DNA from: a virus | Lineage: Duplodnaviria > Caudoviricetes | DNA: 34,749 nt | Reading direction: 5' to 3' (one strand) | IMG/VR virus record: IMGVR_UViG_3300030376_004140 | Coordinates: 1 to 34,749 of that record | Part shown: piece by piece, positions 25,951 through 34,749 of the stretch | How positions within the stretch are numbered: the first letter of the stretch is position 1 | Layout: each line of letters opens with the position of its first letter | Program-made: the position numbers and the translations under genes | Notes under the pieces: generated by a model | Databases searched by the model: none | Told to the model about the DNA's origin: nothing | The model's input: the letters and a program-made list of their open reading frames with translations, nothing else

Positions 25951-28900
25951 TAGTCTGTTATGTTTTGATTTTGTCTTGCTTTATTATTTACTGATGAGGT
26001 TGTTTGATAAACCCTATTTGTTTGTGCTACATCAATTCCTGAATTTGAACTATTTTCAAATTCTTCTGCCCACATTAAATGACCTTGACCTGTTTGTGCA
26101 AATCCTGTTTTTTTACTAGCAGTAAATAAACTATCAGAAGAGCTAAATGCTCTATTATTAAATGAAAAAATTAAAGTTTTATTATTACTAACTGTATCTC
26201 TGGCAATCAATACTTGGTTCCAATAAGCATCGTACCCACAATGAAGTCTTTTCCCATAGAAACTTTCCCATTCAGATTTAGAAATAGTACTACCTTCGGG
26301 GTTTTCAGTTAATCTTTCTATAAGTTCACCATTGTATAAATAGATACCACTCCTACTTACCCAAAATAATCCATAAGGAGTTTGGCAAACTTGAGAATCA
26401 GACTCTACTCCAACTTGATGAACTATCTGTTCAATAACCTCCCTAGATTCTCCATTTTCTAATATCTTAATTCCCATGATAGTTAAACCATGTCTTTTAA
26501 ATTGTAATAATTTATTACCAACTACTTGCAAGGATGTGATTTCATCCCCATCATTTATACTTGCTTCAATTAAATTAGAAACACCTACTGTGCTATACAT
26601 TCCTTTAGCAGACTTTAGAATACCATCTGGGAAATAATTTACTGTACCATCTTTACCAATAATAGATACATTTCCATAATAAGCTCTTCTATTAAACATA
26701 CAAGCAGTTTTCCACCCTGTTTTTACAGCATTAAACCCTATATCATCGCCATAGTGCAATTCATATCTTGATGTAAATGATTCTATTGTGTTTTTTACAG
26801 TATAAATCATATAGTTACTTCTGTTTTTTGCAACAGGAGTAATACTTGACATATCACCTGTTGTGTATGCAGACAACGGACTACCGCTTCCAAAAAAGGA
26901 TTTATTAGACAAAGCCATCCAATCCCCGTTTAAAGAACTTCTCCAGCCTTTATTTAAATCTATGTCACATATTGAATATATTTCACCAGGACTTGTAGAA
27001 TACTTAGCCCATATCTCAATGCCTTTTAATCTGGAATTATACATACCAGAACCAGTTCCTCCTAATAACTGCTTTCCAACCATAACCATCACTCCCATTG
27101 CGCAATTATCATTAGCTGGTGAAGAGCTTTGAAAATTTGTACTATTAGCAACACCATCTACTTGAAACCTTTTTGGCTTACTAATGTATCCTCCGTGATA
27201 AACATAATTCCAATAAAATTCAACAGAGTCTGATTTTTGAAATGAACCAGCTATTTTATCTTTATCCTCATCTGTGTTAGTTGCTTCATCTGTAAATTGG
27301 CAATATAGTTTTAGACCAGTTTTTTCTACCAAAAGAAAATTCTGGTCAAATCCTCTAACATTTACAGAATTAGTATCTTCTATTATTCCACTGCTGTTTT
27401 TTCTAAAAAATATCTTAGAATCACCTACATTGTAATTTAAAGTTTCTCCACTTTCTGAAGCAGTTACATTAAAAAAAGAATCTGCTGTTTCAGGGTCAAA
27501 TGCCATATGTGACCATTGTTCTTTATATTTAGGGGTTTTAGGACTGTTTGTACCATAACTGTAATGCTTTGCTACAGCTCCAGTATCAATAAGTTCCTCA
27601 TAAGGAGTTGGGCATAAATCAGTATATTCATAACCATCAGCATTAACATCTGTTTCTAAATATGTTTTATTAAACGTAAACATGCCAAAAAATCTAGGTT
27701 TATGATTGGCTTTCATTGTTGAGTCACAAACAAATAAATTTCCTTCCGCATCAAAAAAAGACAAATCAGGACTACTTGTTGTAACAGTGTCATCTTCTCT
27801 TAAATCAATTGCCCAATTCATCCATTGGTCGTTTTCCATTTGATATATAGTAGCTGTTGCATTAGAATTTGCTATCGCTATAAATCTTCTGTCTCTATCA
27901 GCCTCTGTTAAGCTACTTGAGTTGTCAGTTTCACTAGTTCTAGTAACTGTAATAGTTTTTATTCCATAAGGTATTTCAGTTCTTGAGTCTTGATAAATTT
28001 CAACTCCACCATCAACTCTTTTCCAAAATACTTGATGAGCTTCAGTACCTCCACCTATTTTATCTTCTTCTCCAGCGTACAATCCAGCTATAATTTCTTC
28101 TACTGTATCGCCATAAATAGAAGTATATGATAAATTTATTGTTTCAAAACCAGTTTGTATAACATTTGTATAAACTTGAATAGCAACAGTGTAAGTAAAG
28201 CCACTTTTAATATCAACATTACCCATTGCCCATTTCCATTTTGAAAAAGCACCATAATGAGGATTGTCATTCATACTAAAATTATAAGCACCTGGTCTTT
28301 GGTTAAACGTACCTGCCCAACCATCCATAAAATATTTAGTTCCCCAATCTTGCCATTTCATAGTTAGACTTCCATCTGTAATGTTTCCATTAGCAATCTC
28401 ATGCTCTAATGAAGATTGATAGATATCATTTGTGCGAGTTGCCTTCCAAGAATTTGAGCTATCTGGAACAAGTATATTTATTTGACCATAATAATCAAAT
28501 ACCATTTCCATTTTCCAACTTGGATAATCTGCTATATTAGAAGTAGCTCCTCCTAGTTCACCTTCTGTTGTGTCTCTTAATACTACAAATTTATTAACAC
28601 CATCTACTGCATTAGAATATGCTGTAGAGGTGCTTAATTTGTTTGTGTTATTAGTTGAATCATAACTAACAGCATCTGTTGAGCTAGGGTCGTATGTTTT
28701 CCAATTCCAATCAATAGAACCGTGAATAGTAGAATCATAATCAACACTTGTTTTTTTATTGGCTAAGTCTTCTAATTTTTTTACAGTAAGGCCCTGTATT
28801 AACGCATCATGCCATTTATATCCAGAAGTTTCATCAATAGTTCTGTCTATAATATTAATTATTTCATTTTTATCTTCATTCCACATCTCAAATGACCTAT

Positions 28901-29558
28901 CACCAACTGGCTGATGTATATATTGACTTATAGTTTGATTTGTAAGAAAAAGAGCAAAAAGACCAGCTGAATGGTACTGCCATACAGAGTGTGTATTAGA
29001 CCAACCAGTAACTCCAGTAAATTTATGATGAGTATAATCAACACCAGTGTATGATAAAATTTGAGTGTGACCATGGAGGTCTTGAAAAGTTATTTTTCCT
29101 TGTGAGGTGAACTTTGTGCTATCGGTTACGCTTATTACAGTTGCATATCCAGGATATCCATCCACTCCATTAGTAGTTCTACTACCTTGTCCATCTGCAA
29201 TTGCATTTGTACTAACTTGGGTTCCCCATTCTGAAGAAAAATAAAATAACACTCTTGCTCTTACAGAAGCTTGAAGTTCTGTAACTGTAGGAGTTGCTAT
29301 ATTACTAGTTTGACCGCTAATTGTAAAATCAGTATCACTTTTCCAAGCATGAATATTTCTTTGATTTCCTAGAGGTAAATTAGCATCTAAAGAGTTTTGA
29401 GCTATTCCTGTTTCATCCTGTATCGTTGTAACTTGACCAACTGAATCTGCAATAAAGTTTCTGCTTTCAACGAGTTGATTATCTTTTAAGTTCTTTTTAT
29501 TAGAACCTCGATTAATGCCACCACTAAAGTCTCTTATTGATTGTTGCTGTTTAGGCAC
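25950..29558 (-). CDS. Tail tubular protein B / nozzle-like beta-propeller protein
   Basis: DFSGGIN N-terminal motif; DGDEITSL...LLQFK...GV...GLFW...GIYLYNG C-terminal blades. Confidence 0.75.
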   Translation of the reverse strand: MPKQQQSIRDFSGGINRGSNKKNLKDNQLVESRNFIADSVGQVTTIQDETGIAQNSLDANLPLGNQRNIHAWKSDTDFTISGQTSNIATPTVTELQASVRARVLFYFSSEWGTQVSTNAIADGQGSRTTNGVDGYPGYATVISVTDSTKFTSQGKITFQDLHGHTQILSYTGVDYTHHKFTGVTGWSNTHSVWQYHSAGLFALFLTNQTISQYIHQPVGDRSFEMWNEDKNEIINIIDRTIDETSGYKWHDALIQGLTVKKLEDLANKKTSVDYDSTIHGSIDWNWKTYDPSSTDAVSYDSTNNTNKLSTSTAYSNAVDGVNKFVVLRDTTEGELGGATSNIADYPSWKMEMVFDYYGQINILVPDSSNSWKATRTNDIYQSSLEHEIANGNITDGSLTMKWQDWGTKYFMDGWAGTFNQRPGAYNFSMNDNPHYGAFSKWKWAMGNVDIKSGFTYTVAIQVYTNVIQTGFETINLSYTSIYGDTVEEIIAGLYAGEEDKIGGGTEAHQVFWKRVDGGVEIYQDSRTEIPYGIKTITVTRTSETDNSSSLTEADRDRRFIAIANSNATATIYQMENDQWMNWAIDLREDDTVTTSSPDLSFFDAEGNLFVCDSTMKANHKPRFFGMFTFNKTYLETDVNADGYEYTDLCPTPYEELIDTGAVAKHYSYGTNSPKTPKYKEQWSHMAFDPETADSFFNVTASESGETLNYNVGDSKIFFRKNSSGIIEDTNSVNVRGFDQNFLLVEKTGLKLYCQFTDEATNTDEDKDKIAGSFQKSDSVEFYWNYVYHGGYISKPKRFQVDGVANSTNFQSSSPANDNCAMGVMVMVGKQLLGGTGSGMYNSRLKGIEIWAKYSTSPGEIYSICDIDLNKGWRSSLNGDWMALSNKSFFGSGSPLSAYTTGDMSSITPVAKNRSNYMIYTVKNTIESFTSRYELHYGDDIGFNAVKTGWKTACMFNRRAYYGNVSIIGKDGTVNYFPDGILKSAKGMYSTVGVSNLIEASINDGDEITSLQVVGNKLLQFKRHGLTIMGIKILENGESREVIEQIVHQVGVESDSQVCQTPYGLFWVSRSGIYLYNGELIERLTENPEGSTISKSEWESFYGKRLHCGYDAYWNQVLIARDTVSNNKTLIFSFNNRAFSSSDSLFTASKKTGFAQTGQGHLMWAEEFENSSNSGIDVAQTNRVYQTTSSVNNKARQNQNITD

Positions 29559-30312
29559 GTATTATTTTTCCTGCATATGAAGTAACTCCATTTACTATAT
29601 CTAGAACTACTAAATTAAAATTGCCATCATCAAAAATATCTACTATACCAACATTGTGAGTCCAATTTGTTGGTCTTCCTTTTAAATAATCTTTAGTCAT
29701 ATCAGTTAAGCATCCCATTGAATATGCCATATGGCTTCCTGAGATGTGGGTGATGACTGCTTTTTGGGAGTCGTGAGTATGCCCATAGATGACGTTGCAT
29801 CCCATTTGTAATGCGTGAGTTCTTGCATGGGCAATTCCCATGTAGTGTCCTCCGTGGTAAGCGTATAATTTGCTTCCGAACACTTTAAAGACTTCACCAT
29901 AGTCATGCCATTCGTAGCCACGCTCATCGAATTTGAAAGCTTTTCTGGAACCGAGATGTTCAAGGTATGGATTTTCTTCGACAAAGTGGTCAAACCATTT
30001 TTCATGGTTTCCTTGTGCAAATTGTTTCTTTTTGCACCCCACTTTAACCAACGCTCTATCAATTCTATCCAGCCCTTTATTACCTTCTTTAATTTCTTGC
30101 TTAATCGCAGGAAGTTGGTATTCAAGAGGAGGGCGCTTTTTTTTGCTCCATTGCCAATGACTGACTGATTCACCATCAATTGTGTCTCCTAATAGGAGAA
30201 AAGCTGTTGGTTTTACAGCTTTTAAGACTTTTAAAGCGCATTTAAAGGCTCTTTCATCATGATTGGGAAAGTGTAAGTCTGGAAAGACAACTACTCGTTC
30301 TTTTATTTTCAT
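29551..30312 (-). CDS. Calcineurin-like metallophosphoesterase
   Basis: DLH, GD, GNHE, HG and GHTH motifs. Confidence 0.92.
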   Translation of the reverse strand: MKIKERVVVFPDLHFPNHDERAFKCALKVLKAVKPTAFLLLGDTIDGESVSHWQWSKKKRPPLEYQLPAIKQEIKEGNKGLDRIDRALVKVGCKKKQFAQGNHEKWFDHFVEENPYLEHLGSRKAFKFDERGYEWHDYGEVFKVFGSKLYAYHGGHYMGIAHARTHALQMGCNVIYGHTHDSQKAVITHISGSHMAYSMGCLTDMTKDYLKGRPTNWTHNVGIVDIFDDGNFNLVVLDIVNGVTSYAGKIIRA

Positions 30313-30331
30313 TAAATATCCTTATCACGCC

Positions 30332-30730
30332 CTATTCCTTAATTTCAAAATGTACTAAATCGTCAAAATTGTTATCTTTAGTAGTTCTTGCACTTTGACT
30401 CAAACTAGAGTCACTCCAGTCACCTCCCCAACGAATGTCTACACCCATTTTTGAGGCTACACCAAGAACGAAACCGCCAAGATAATGGAAATCATCACGA
30501 GAGTTCCAATCGATTGGATAAGGAGCAATATCAACAGCTTTTCCCTGGACATGCTTTCCGAATTTTGTTTTACTTTTTCCTTGAGCGACCAATTCATCCT
30601 GTCTCTCTTGGCTCCTTAACCCTTCAATTACTGTTATATCAAAGTATTTGACTACCTCATTTAACACATTTACTAAGCGAACATCTACGCCTTTTAGTCT
30701 TTCTTTAGACTTTTTACCGAATATTGGCAC
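30332..30730 (-). CDS. Endolysin, peptidase M15 (L-Ala-D-Glu peptidase type)
   Basis: EGLRSQERQ, KH..G.AVD, WGGDW, D..HFE; GTG 30730 overlaps the upstream TAG. Confidence 0.9.
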   Translation of the reverse strand: MPIFGKKSKERLKGVDVRLVNVLNEVVKYFDITVIEGLRSQERQDELVAQGKSKTKFGKHVQGKAVDIAPYPIDWNSRDDFHYLGGFVLGVASKMGVDIRWGGDWSDSSLSQSARTTKDNNFDDLVHFEIKE

Positions 30731-30900
30731 TATATTTTTTTCATTAATACAGATTTTAAAACAGTCCAAATTGCTATCATGATTTTTCTCTCTACCTTTT
30801 CTGAAATAAATGGTATATCTACAGATTTATTCCATCCATCAATCACTTCATCTCTTACTTCATCAGATAGTAACTCATTTGCTATCATAGCTTTTATCAT
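30730..30900 (-). CDS. Small hypothetical protein (NKSVDIPFISEK motif)
   Basis: AAGGA SD before ATG 30900 within ORF 30730..30999. Confidence 0.7.
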   Translation of the reverse strand: MIKAMIANELLSDEVRDEVIDGWNKSVDIPFISEKVERKIMIAIWTVLKSVLMKKI

Positions 30901-30902
30901 AT

Positions 30903-31049
30903 TTAGTTTTCCTTTATCTTTTTTGTTTTTAAGTATAAATAATAAATTTGTATTGCAAACATAAGGCACATCAAAACTCCAGATATAATATCTGTCCAAT
31001 AAACAAACCCTAATCCTGTGCTAACCCCTGTTGCTCTTAAACTATCCAT
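30903..31049 (-). CDS. Holin-like membrane protein (48 aa)
   Basis: Translated by hand (MDSLRATGVS...YLKTKKIKEN); TAATG coupling; hydrophobic with basic tail. Confidence 0.65.
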   Translation of the reverse strand: MDSLRATGVSTGLGFVYWTDIISGVLMCLMFAIQIYYLYLKTKKIKEN

Positions 31050-31366
31050 TAATGTTTTCCATTTACTCGTGACAAACTCCCTTTAATTTCAGATACTTGA
31101 TTATCTAAATCATTTATCTCTTTATTTAATGAATCAAATTTTCTATCAAGCTTATCATCTGATTGATTCCATCTAGTAATTAGTTTTATTATCATGCCTT
31201 CCATATTTTCTAATGTTTCAGACTGACCTTTGTTTTCAATTTTTAAATTTTGTAAAGACTCGGCTTGTTCATTGCCTCTTTTATTCATAGAATACACCAT
31301 AAAAACAAACATAGCTCCCACTACGCCTATCATTCCAGCTTCTGAATAAATTGCTAAGAAATCCAT
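31049..31366 (-). CDS. Holin-like protein (TM helix plus coiled coil)
   Basis: N-terminal TM segment then heptad repeats; GAGGA SD. Confidence 0.6.
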   Translation of the reverse strand: MDFLAIYSEAGMIGVVGAMFVFMVYSMNKRGNEQAESLQNLKIENKGQSETLENMEGMIIKLITRWNQSDDKLDRKFDSLNKEINDLDNQVSEIKGSLSRVNGKH

Positions 31367-31459
31367 TTATTCCTCTTCTTCTTTGCATTTATCACAAACT
31401 CCATTAAAAGCCTCTTCTACTGGGTTATCACATTCTATACAATGAAATGGAAATGGCAT
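31367..31459 (-). CDS. 30-aa zinc-ribbon mini-protein
   Basis: MPFPFHCIECDNPVEEAFNGVCDKCKEEEE; tightly coupled at both ends. Confidence 0.65.
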   Translation of the reverse strand: MPFPFHCIECDNPVEEAFNGVCDKCKEEEE

Positions 31460-31560
31460 TATTTTTTCTTTCCATATGTTGTTTTTTTATTCCTTGGACT
31501 ACTTTTTTTCTTTGGTGGCCTTCCACGCTTTGAACCATATGTTCCTTTTCCTTCTGGCAT
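31459..31560 (-). CDS. 33-aa basic AT-hook peptide
   Basis: MPEGKGTYGSKRGRPPKKKSSPRNKKNNIWKEK; AAGGA SD; TAATG coupling. Confidence 0.75.
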   Translation of the reverse strand: MPEGKGTYGSKRGRPPKKKSSPRNKKTTYGKKK

Positions 31561-31573
31561 AATAACTTCCTTT

Positions 31574-31840
31574 TTATTTATTCCTCATAGTTAAATCAAT
31601 ATAAACTTTTAAATCAGATTTAATTTCTGCATTCCACTTCTTTACTTTACCAAGCTCGTCCATAATAATATCTAATCTGTGTTGTAAGTTTTCGTGCTTC
31701 TCATCAAATCTTTTTAAAGTATCTTCTACTTTTTCTTTTAAGATAAATCTTACTACGCTATATAATGCAAAAGCCAATCCAACGCTAATAGCAACTGGAA
31801 AGCCTAACTCTTGTATTAATGTTATGACTTCAGATGTCAT
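31574..31840 (-). CDS. Holin-like protein (GFP motif, YvrJ-like)
   Basis: IQELGFPVAISVGLAF TM segment plus coiled coil; ATGA overlap at 31837-31840. Confidence 0.6.
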   Translation of the reverse strand: MTSEVITLIQELGFPVAISVGLAFALYSVVRFILKEKVEDTLKRFDEKHENLQHRLDIIMDELGKVKKWNAEIKSDLKVYIDLTMRNK

Positions 31841-32160
31841 TTTTTCTTCTTTCTCCAACTAAATGGGTTAAGGTTTAATTCTTGTTCAAAAAATGAAATA
31901 CGTTCTTCCATTTTTTGTCTTGTTTTTTGTTCTTCTATCATGTGCTTACTGACAAGCTCCTCAATGTTGGTATCAGCAAGTTCAACTCTTCGCTCAAGTT
32001 CTGCAATTCTATTTTCAATTTGTAAGTACGAATAAACAAGTCCAGCCACAAGTACAAGTACTTGCCCAGCCCACTTAGCATTAATATGCAAAGAAAGATT
32101 GTCGTCAATGACAGATGCTCTATAACTCCTTGCTGTCTTTGATGCATTCTTTTCACTCAT
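31837..32160 (-). CDS. Membrane-anchored coiled-coil protein (lysis accessory / spanin-like)
   Basis: One TM segment, coiled coil, basic C-terminus. Confidence 0.55.
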   Translation of the reverse strand: MSEKNASKTARSYRASVIDDNLSLHINAKWAGQVLVLVAGLVYSYLQIENRIAELERRVELADTNIEELVSKHMIEEQKTRQKMEERISFFEQELNLNPFSWRKKKK

Positions 32161-32419
32161 TTTTCTTTCTTACATCTTCCCAAATATGATGTTTATAACA
32201 ATAATTATCTCCCATTTTAATACTTGGTTCATACCAATGTTTAGAACTGTCTTGGTCTATTATTACTAGATAAGAAATTTCTACAGAATCAGACGGAGTT
32301 ATTTGAACTCCAGCAACTGACCATCCACTATTACATCCAGTTATTGTGGTAATTACTCCCAGTATTAACAGTAGCATCACTATCCACCAAAATAATAATT
32401 TTCGCTCATTCGATTTCAC
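32153..32419 (-). CDS. Lipoprotein (possible o-spanin)
   Basis: Signal peptide ending in ITG-C lipobox. Confidence 0.6.
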   Translation of the reverse strand: MKSNERKLLFWWIVMLLLILGVITTITGCNSGWSVAGVQITPSDSVEISYLVIIDQDSSKHWYEPSIKMGDNYCYKHHIWEDVRKKNE

Positions 32420-32954
32420 CAGACCACTCTTCCTTTTTCATTTCTTCAAGAGCTTCACTATGTGACAAAGCAGTAATACCACTTGTACCTTTAACTGCGT
32501 CTAATGTGCCATCTGCTATTGATAATTCATATTTAATAAGAACTTTTGTATTATCTTTGTTCCATCTTGGCGCTCCAGTCTTTCCAAACTTAATTGAAGA
32601 TTCTTCCCAAGTTGGGTCTTGCAATGTAGTAGTATCTACTTCTTGAACTGTGTATGTATACTCTTCTTCAACTTGTGGTGTAGAATGAGGCTCTGCATTG
32701 AATTTTTCTAATAACTCGGCTTTAGTATCGCTTGATGAATAATCTACGTCACAATCGTCCATATAAGCCTTTATTTCAGCTTTTGTGTTATCTTCACTGG
32801 GATACCAATCATATTTATTCACTTGTCTGGTCGATGTCTTTTCCACATCCTTATAAGTATATTCATTCCAAGACAATCTATCAGCAGTCTTTAATTTTGC
32901 GGGTAGCTTACCTTCCCATTTAGCTTTAGTTAATATCAAATATGTATTAGTCAT
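32406..32954 (-). CDS. Phage protein with inserted HeH/LEM-like motif
   Basis: TKAEIKAYMDDCDVDYSSSDTKAELLE; C-terminal RWNKDNTKVL...SHSEALEEM...EW. Confidence 0.65.
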   Translation of the reverse strand: MTNTYLILTKAKWEGKLPAKLKTADRLSWNEYTYKDVEKTSTRQVNKYDWYPSEDNTKAEIKAYMDDCDVDYSSSDTKAELLEKFNAEPHSTPQVEEEYTYTVQEVDTTTLQDPTWEESSIKFGKTGAPRWNKDNTKVLIKYELSIADGTLDAVKGTSGITALSHSEALEEMKKEEWSGEIE

Positions 32955-34749
32955 TTTTATGTTTACCTTTTTGGTGTTTATAGTTTTTCTGAATTTCTGC
33001 TAATGATAATGCACGATTGTAAATTCTAACTTCATCAAGCAATCCATTATATAAATCAGCAATAGAAGTTCCATTTACAGAACGACCTCCTACAAAAAAA
33101 TCTTTATCAATTTCTATACTGCCTATGTCAACTCCACTTAATAAATTTGCTCCATTTGATGCTTCAACACTATCATTTACATATAAAATCATACTTTCAC
33201 TATCCGCATCTTGAACCATATTTATATACTTCCAAGTACTTTCTTTATCAGCATAAACTGCTGAATCTGAAGTTCCACTTTTTGTTGTACCCTCATATTC
33301 GACTTTTAATCTTATTTCTCCATCTGATTTTAATACTGCTTCTACATTTGAATCAGCACCCGAACTATCTTTTACTCCCATCATAACTTGACTACTTGAA
33401 GGTTGTCCATCAGTAGGTTTCATCCAAAAAGAAAGAGTAAATGATTTTTTCCAAATATTTTTATTTAATGTTTTAAGATTTACATACTCATTAACACCAT
33501 TTAACCTTAATACATTGCCACTTGGGTTTTTTAACGGAAATCCTAATCCATCTTTATTAGAGTTTAATCCCTCACGAATTGTGATTGCTTCTGGACTACC
33601 TTGCACAGAGCCATTTCCACTTACATAAGTTGCTCCATTATTAGTAGCATTATTACTACCTACTAAATCAACAATAGTCGTTCCATTGTCCATAACATAA
33701 TGATGAGTCATTCCACTTGTAGTAAATTTGCTTGATATGCCATTGCTAAATTGTTCTGATACTTCAGATGCTGATAATGATTTATTATGATATATAGCAA
33801 GTTGTGATATTTGACCATCTATAAACCCACCACTTGTTACATAACTTCCTATGTTAAGATAACTTGCCGCTTTCCAATTAGTTGCTTCTGTAGCGGTATT
33901 TATTAATGCACCATCAATATACCACTTTGATTGATTAGTTCCTGTGCCTTCTCTAACATAAGTAACTAAATGCCATTTATTTGTTTGTATTAAAGCAGTA
34001 TCAAATTTATGTTTCCACGAAGAGTAATTACCAAGTCCAAGTAACCCAGAGCCACCAGAGCCAATACTTGCAAAAAACCAATCTTGGTTATTATTCCATT
34101 GAGCATTTGAAAAAATTGCTTGTTGAGCTGTAGAATGCTGATTTATCCAAACTGAAAAACTAAAAGGATTAGTTCCAAAAGCATCTACTGCACTTGCAGT
34201 TTGTAAATAATCATTAGTAACAAAATCTAAATAACTCCATCCTCGTCTATCTTGCCATTTAGACACGCCATCATTACGCCAGTAACCTAATAAATTTCCA
34301 TATTTGCTATGTGTAGTAGCATCAAGTGCAATACCGCTATTATATAATTCAAGCATTTCAGAATTTGACAATGCAGTACTCCAAGCACTTACTTCGTTAA
34401 TAAGACCTTTGTATGGTCTTGAACCATTACTACTTCCTATTCTACTTAACTGAAAAGTTTGATAATTGGGTTGATTAGTTTGTGTCCAAGATGTTTCTTT
34501 ACTGCCATTAACCCATATACTATAATCATTTCCTTCTCTTTGATAAGCTATCATATAAGTTTTACCATCATTAATGTATGTTGTACTATAATGGTCAGCA
34601 CCTTGATACCACCATACTCTATTGCTATGCATTTGAAAATTATCATTACCAGAAGCACCCATAAAGATATGTGCCTGTCCTGTGTTTAATGTATTAATCC
34701 ACCCTACTAAAGTGTAATTTGATGCAGATGTTATTGTACTTGGTAAAGT
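32947..34749 (-). CDS. LamG/concanavalin A-like repeat adhesin or tail fibre, 5'-truncated
   Basis: Three LamG modules (e.g. YNGLLDEVRIYNRALS); frame open to the window end. Confidence 0.9.
   Translation of the reverse strand, partial: TLPSTITSASNYTLVGWINTLNTGQAHIFMGASGNDNFQMHSNRVWWYQGADHYSTTYINDGKTYMIAYQREGNDYSIWVNGSKETSWTQTNQPNYQTFQLSRIGSSNGSRPYKGLINEVSAWSTALSNSEMLELYNSGIALDATTHSKYGNLLGYWRNDGVSKWQDRRGWSYLDFVTNDYLQTASAVDAFGTNPFSFSVWINQHSTAQQAIFSNAQWNNNQDWFFASIGSGGSGLLGLGNYSSWKHKFDTALIQTNKWHLVTYVREGTGTNQSKWYIDGALINTATEATNWKAASYLNIGSYVTSGGFIDGQISQLAIYHNKSLSASEVSEQFSNGISSKFTTSGMTHHYVMDNGTTIVDLVGSNNATNNGATYVSGNGSVQGSPEAITIREGLNSNKDGLGFPLKNPSGNVLRLNGVNEYVNLKTLNKNIWKKSFTLSFWMKPTDGQPSSSQVMMGVKDSSGADSNVEAVLKSDGEIRLKVEYEGTTKSGTSDSAVYADKESTWKYINMVQDADSESMILYVNDSVEASNGANLLSGVDIGSIEIDKDFFVGGRSVNGTSIADLYNGLLDEVRIYNRALSLAEIQKNYKHQKGKHKND

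Larger units (their letters stand above)
1..34749. mobile_element. Temperate tailed phage genome segment (podovirus-like), unintegrated attP configuration
   Basis: Only phage-type genes; + strand early/replication arm and - strand virion/lysis arm converge on the integrase and a tRNA-fragment att site; no host housekeeping genes. Confidence 0.95.

Noticed and set aside
29706-30179. Alternative-frame ORFs within the phosphoesterase (also 31938..32156)
   Set aside because: Fully nested in motif-bearing genes with no independent signals
1-34749. Stop-codon reassignment as in some crAss-like phages
   Set aside because: Long genes are intact in code 11, and TAG and TGA end genes at sensible boundaries
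32947-34749. Diversity-generating retroelement target
   Set aside because: No reverse transcriptase or TR/VR repeat pair visible in the window

Overview
This AT-rich (~30% GC) window is an internal part of a temperate, probably podovirus-like dsDNA phage in its unintegrated (attP) form. The left arm (1-11715, mostly + strand) has small early genes separated by many long stem-closed structured elements, a divergent repressor/promoter switch, a histone-fold-like protein, and a recombination/replication module (DUF932, Sak3/DUF1071-like annealing protein, SSB-like protein, AEP primase-SF4 helicase, Holliday junction resolvase). A tyrosine integrase and an attP carrying the 5' part of tRNA-Val(GAC) lie in the middle. 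The right arm (- strand) holds a LamG adhesin, a multi-gene lysis cassette, a metallophosphoesterase, a split tail nozzle gene and ejection-type proteins. The main result is a 3190-aa virion/ejection-type protein containing the ordered motif set of a single-chain two-barrel RNA polymerase (DG...KG...K, RxP...GADVDGD), i.e. a probable injected RNAP in an integrating phage. Other candidates are an HTH-PAS-like repressor, a phage histone, 5'-end tRNA integration and an array of structured RNAs. All family calls come from motif recognition by eye, with no database search.
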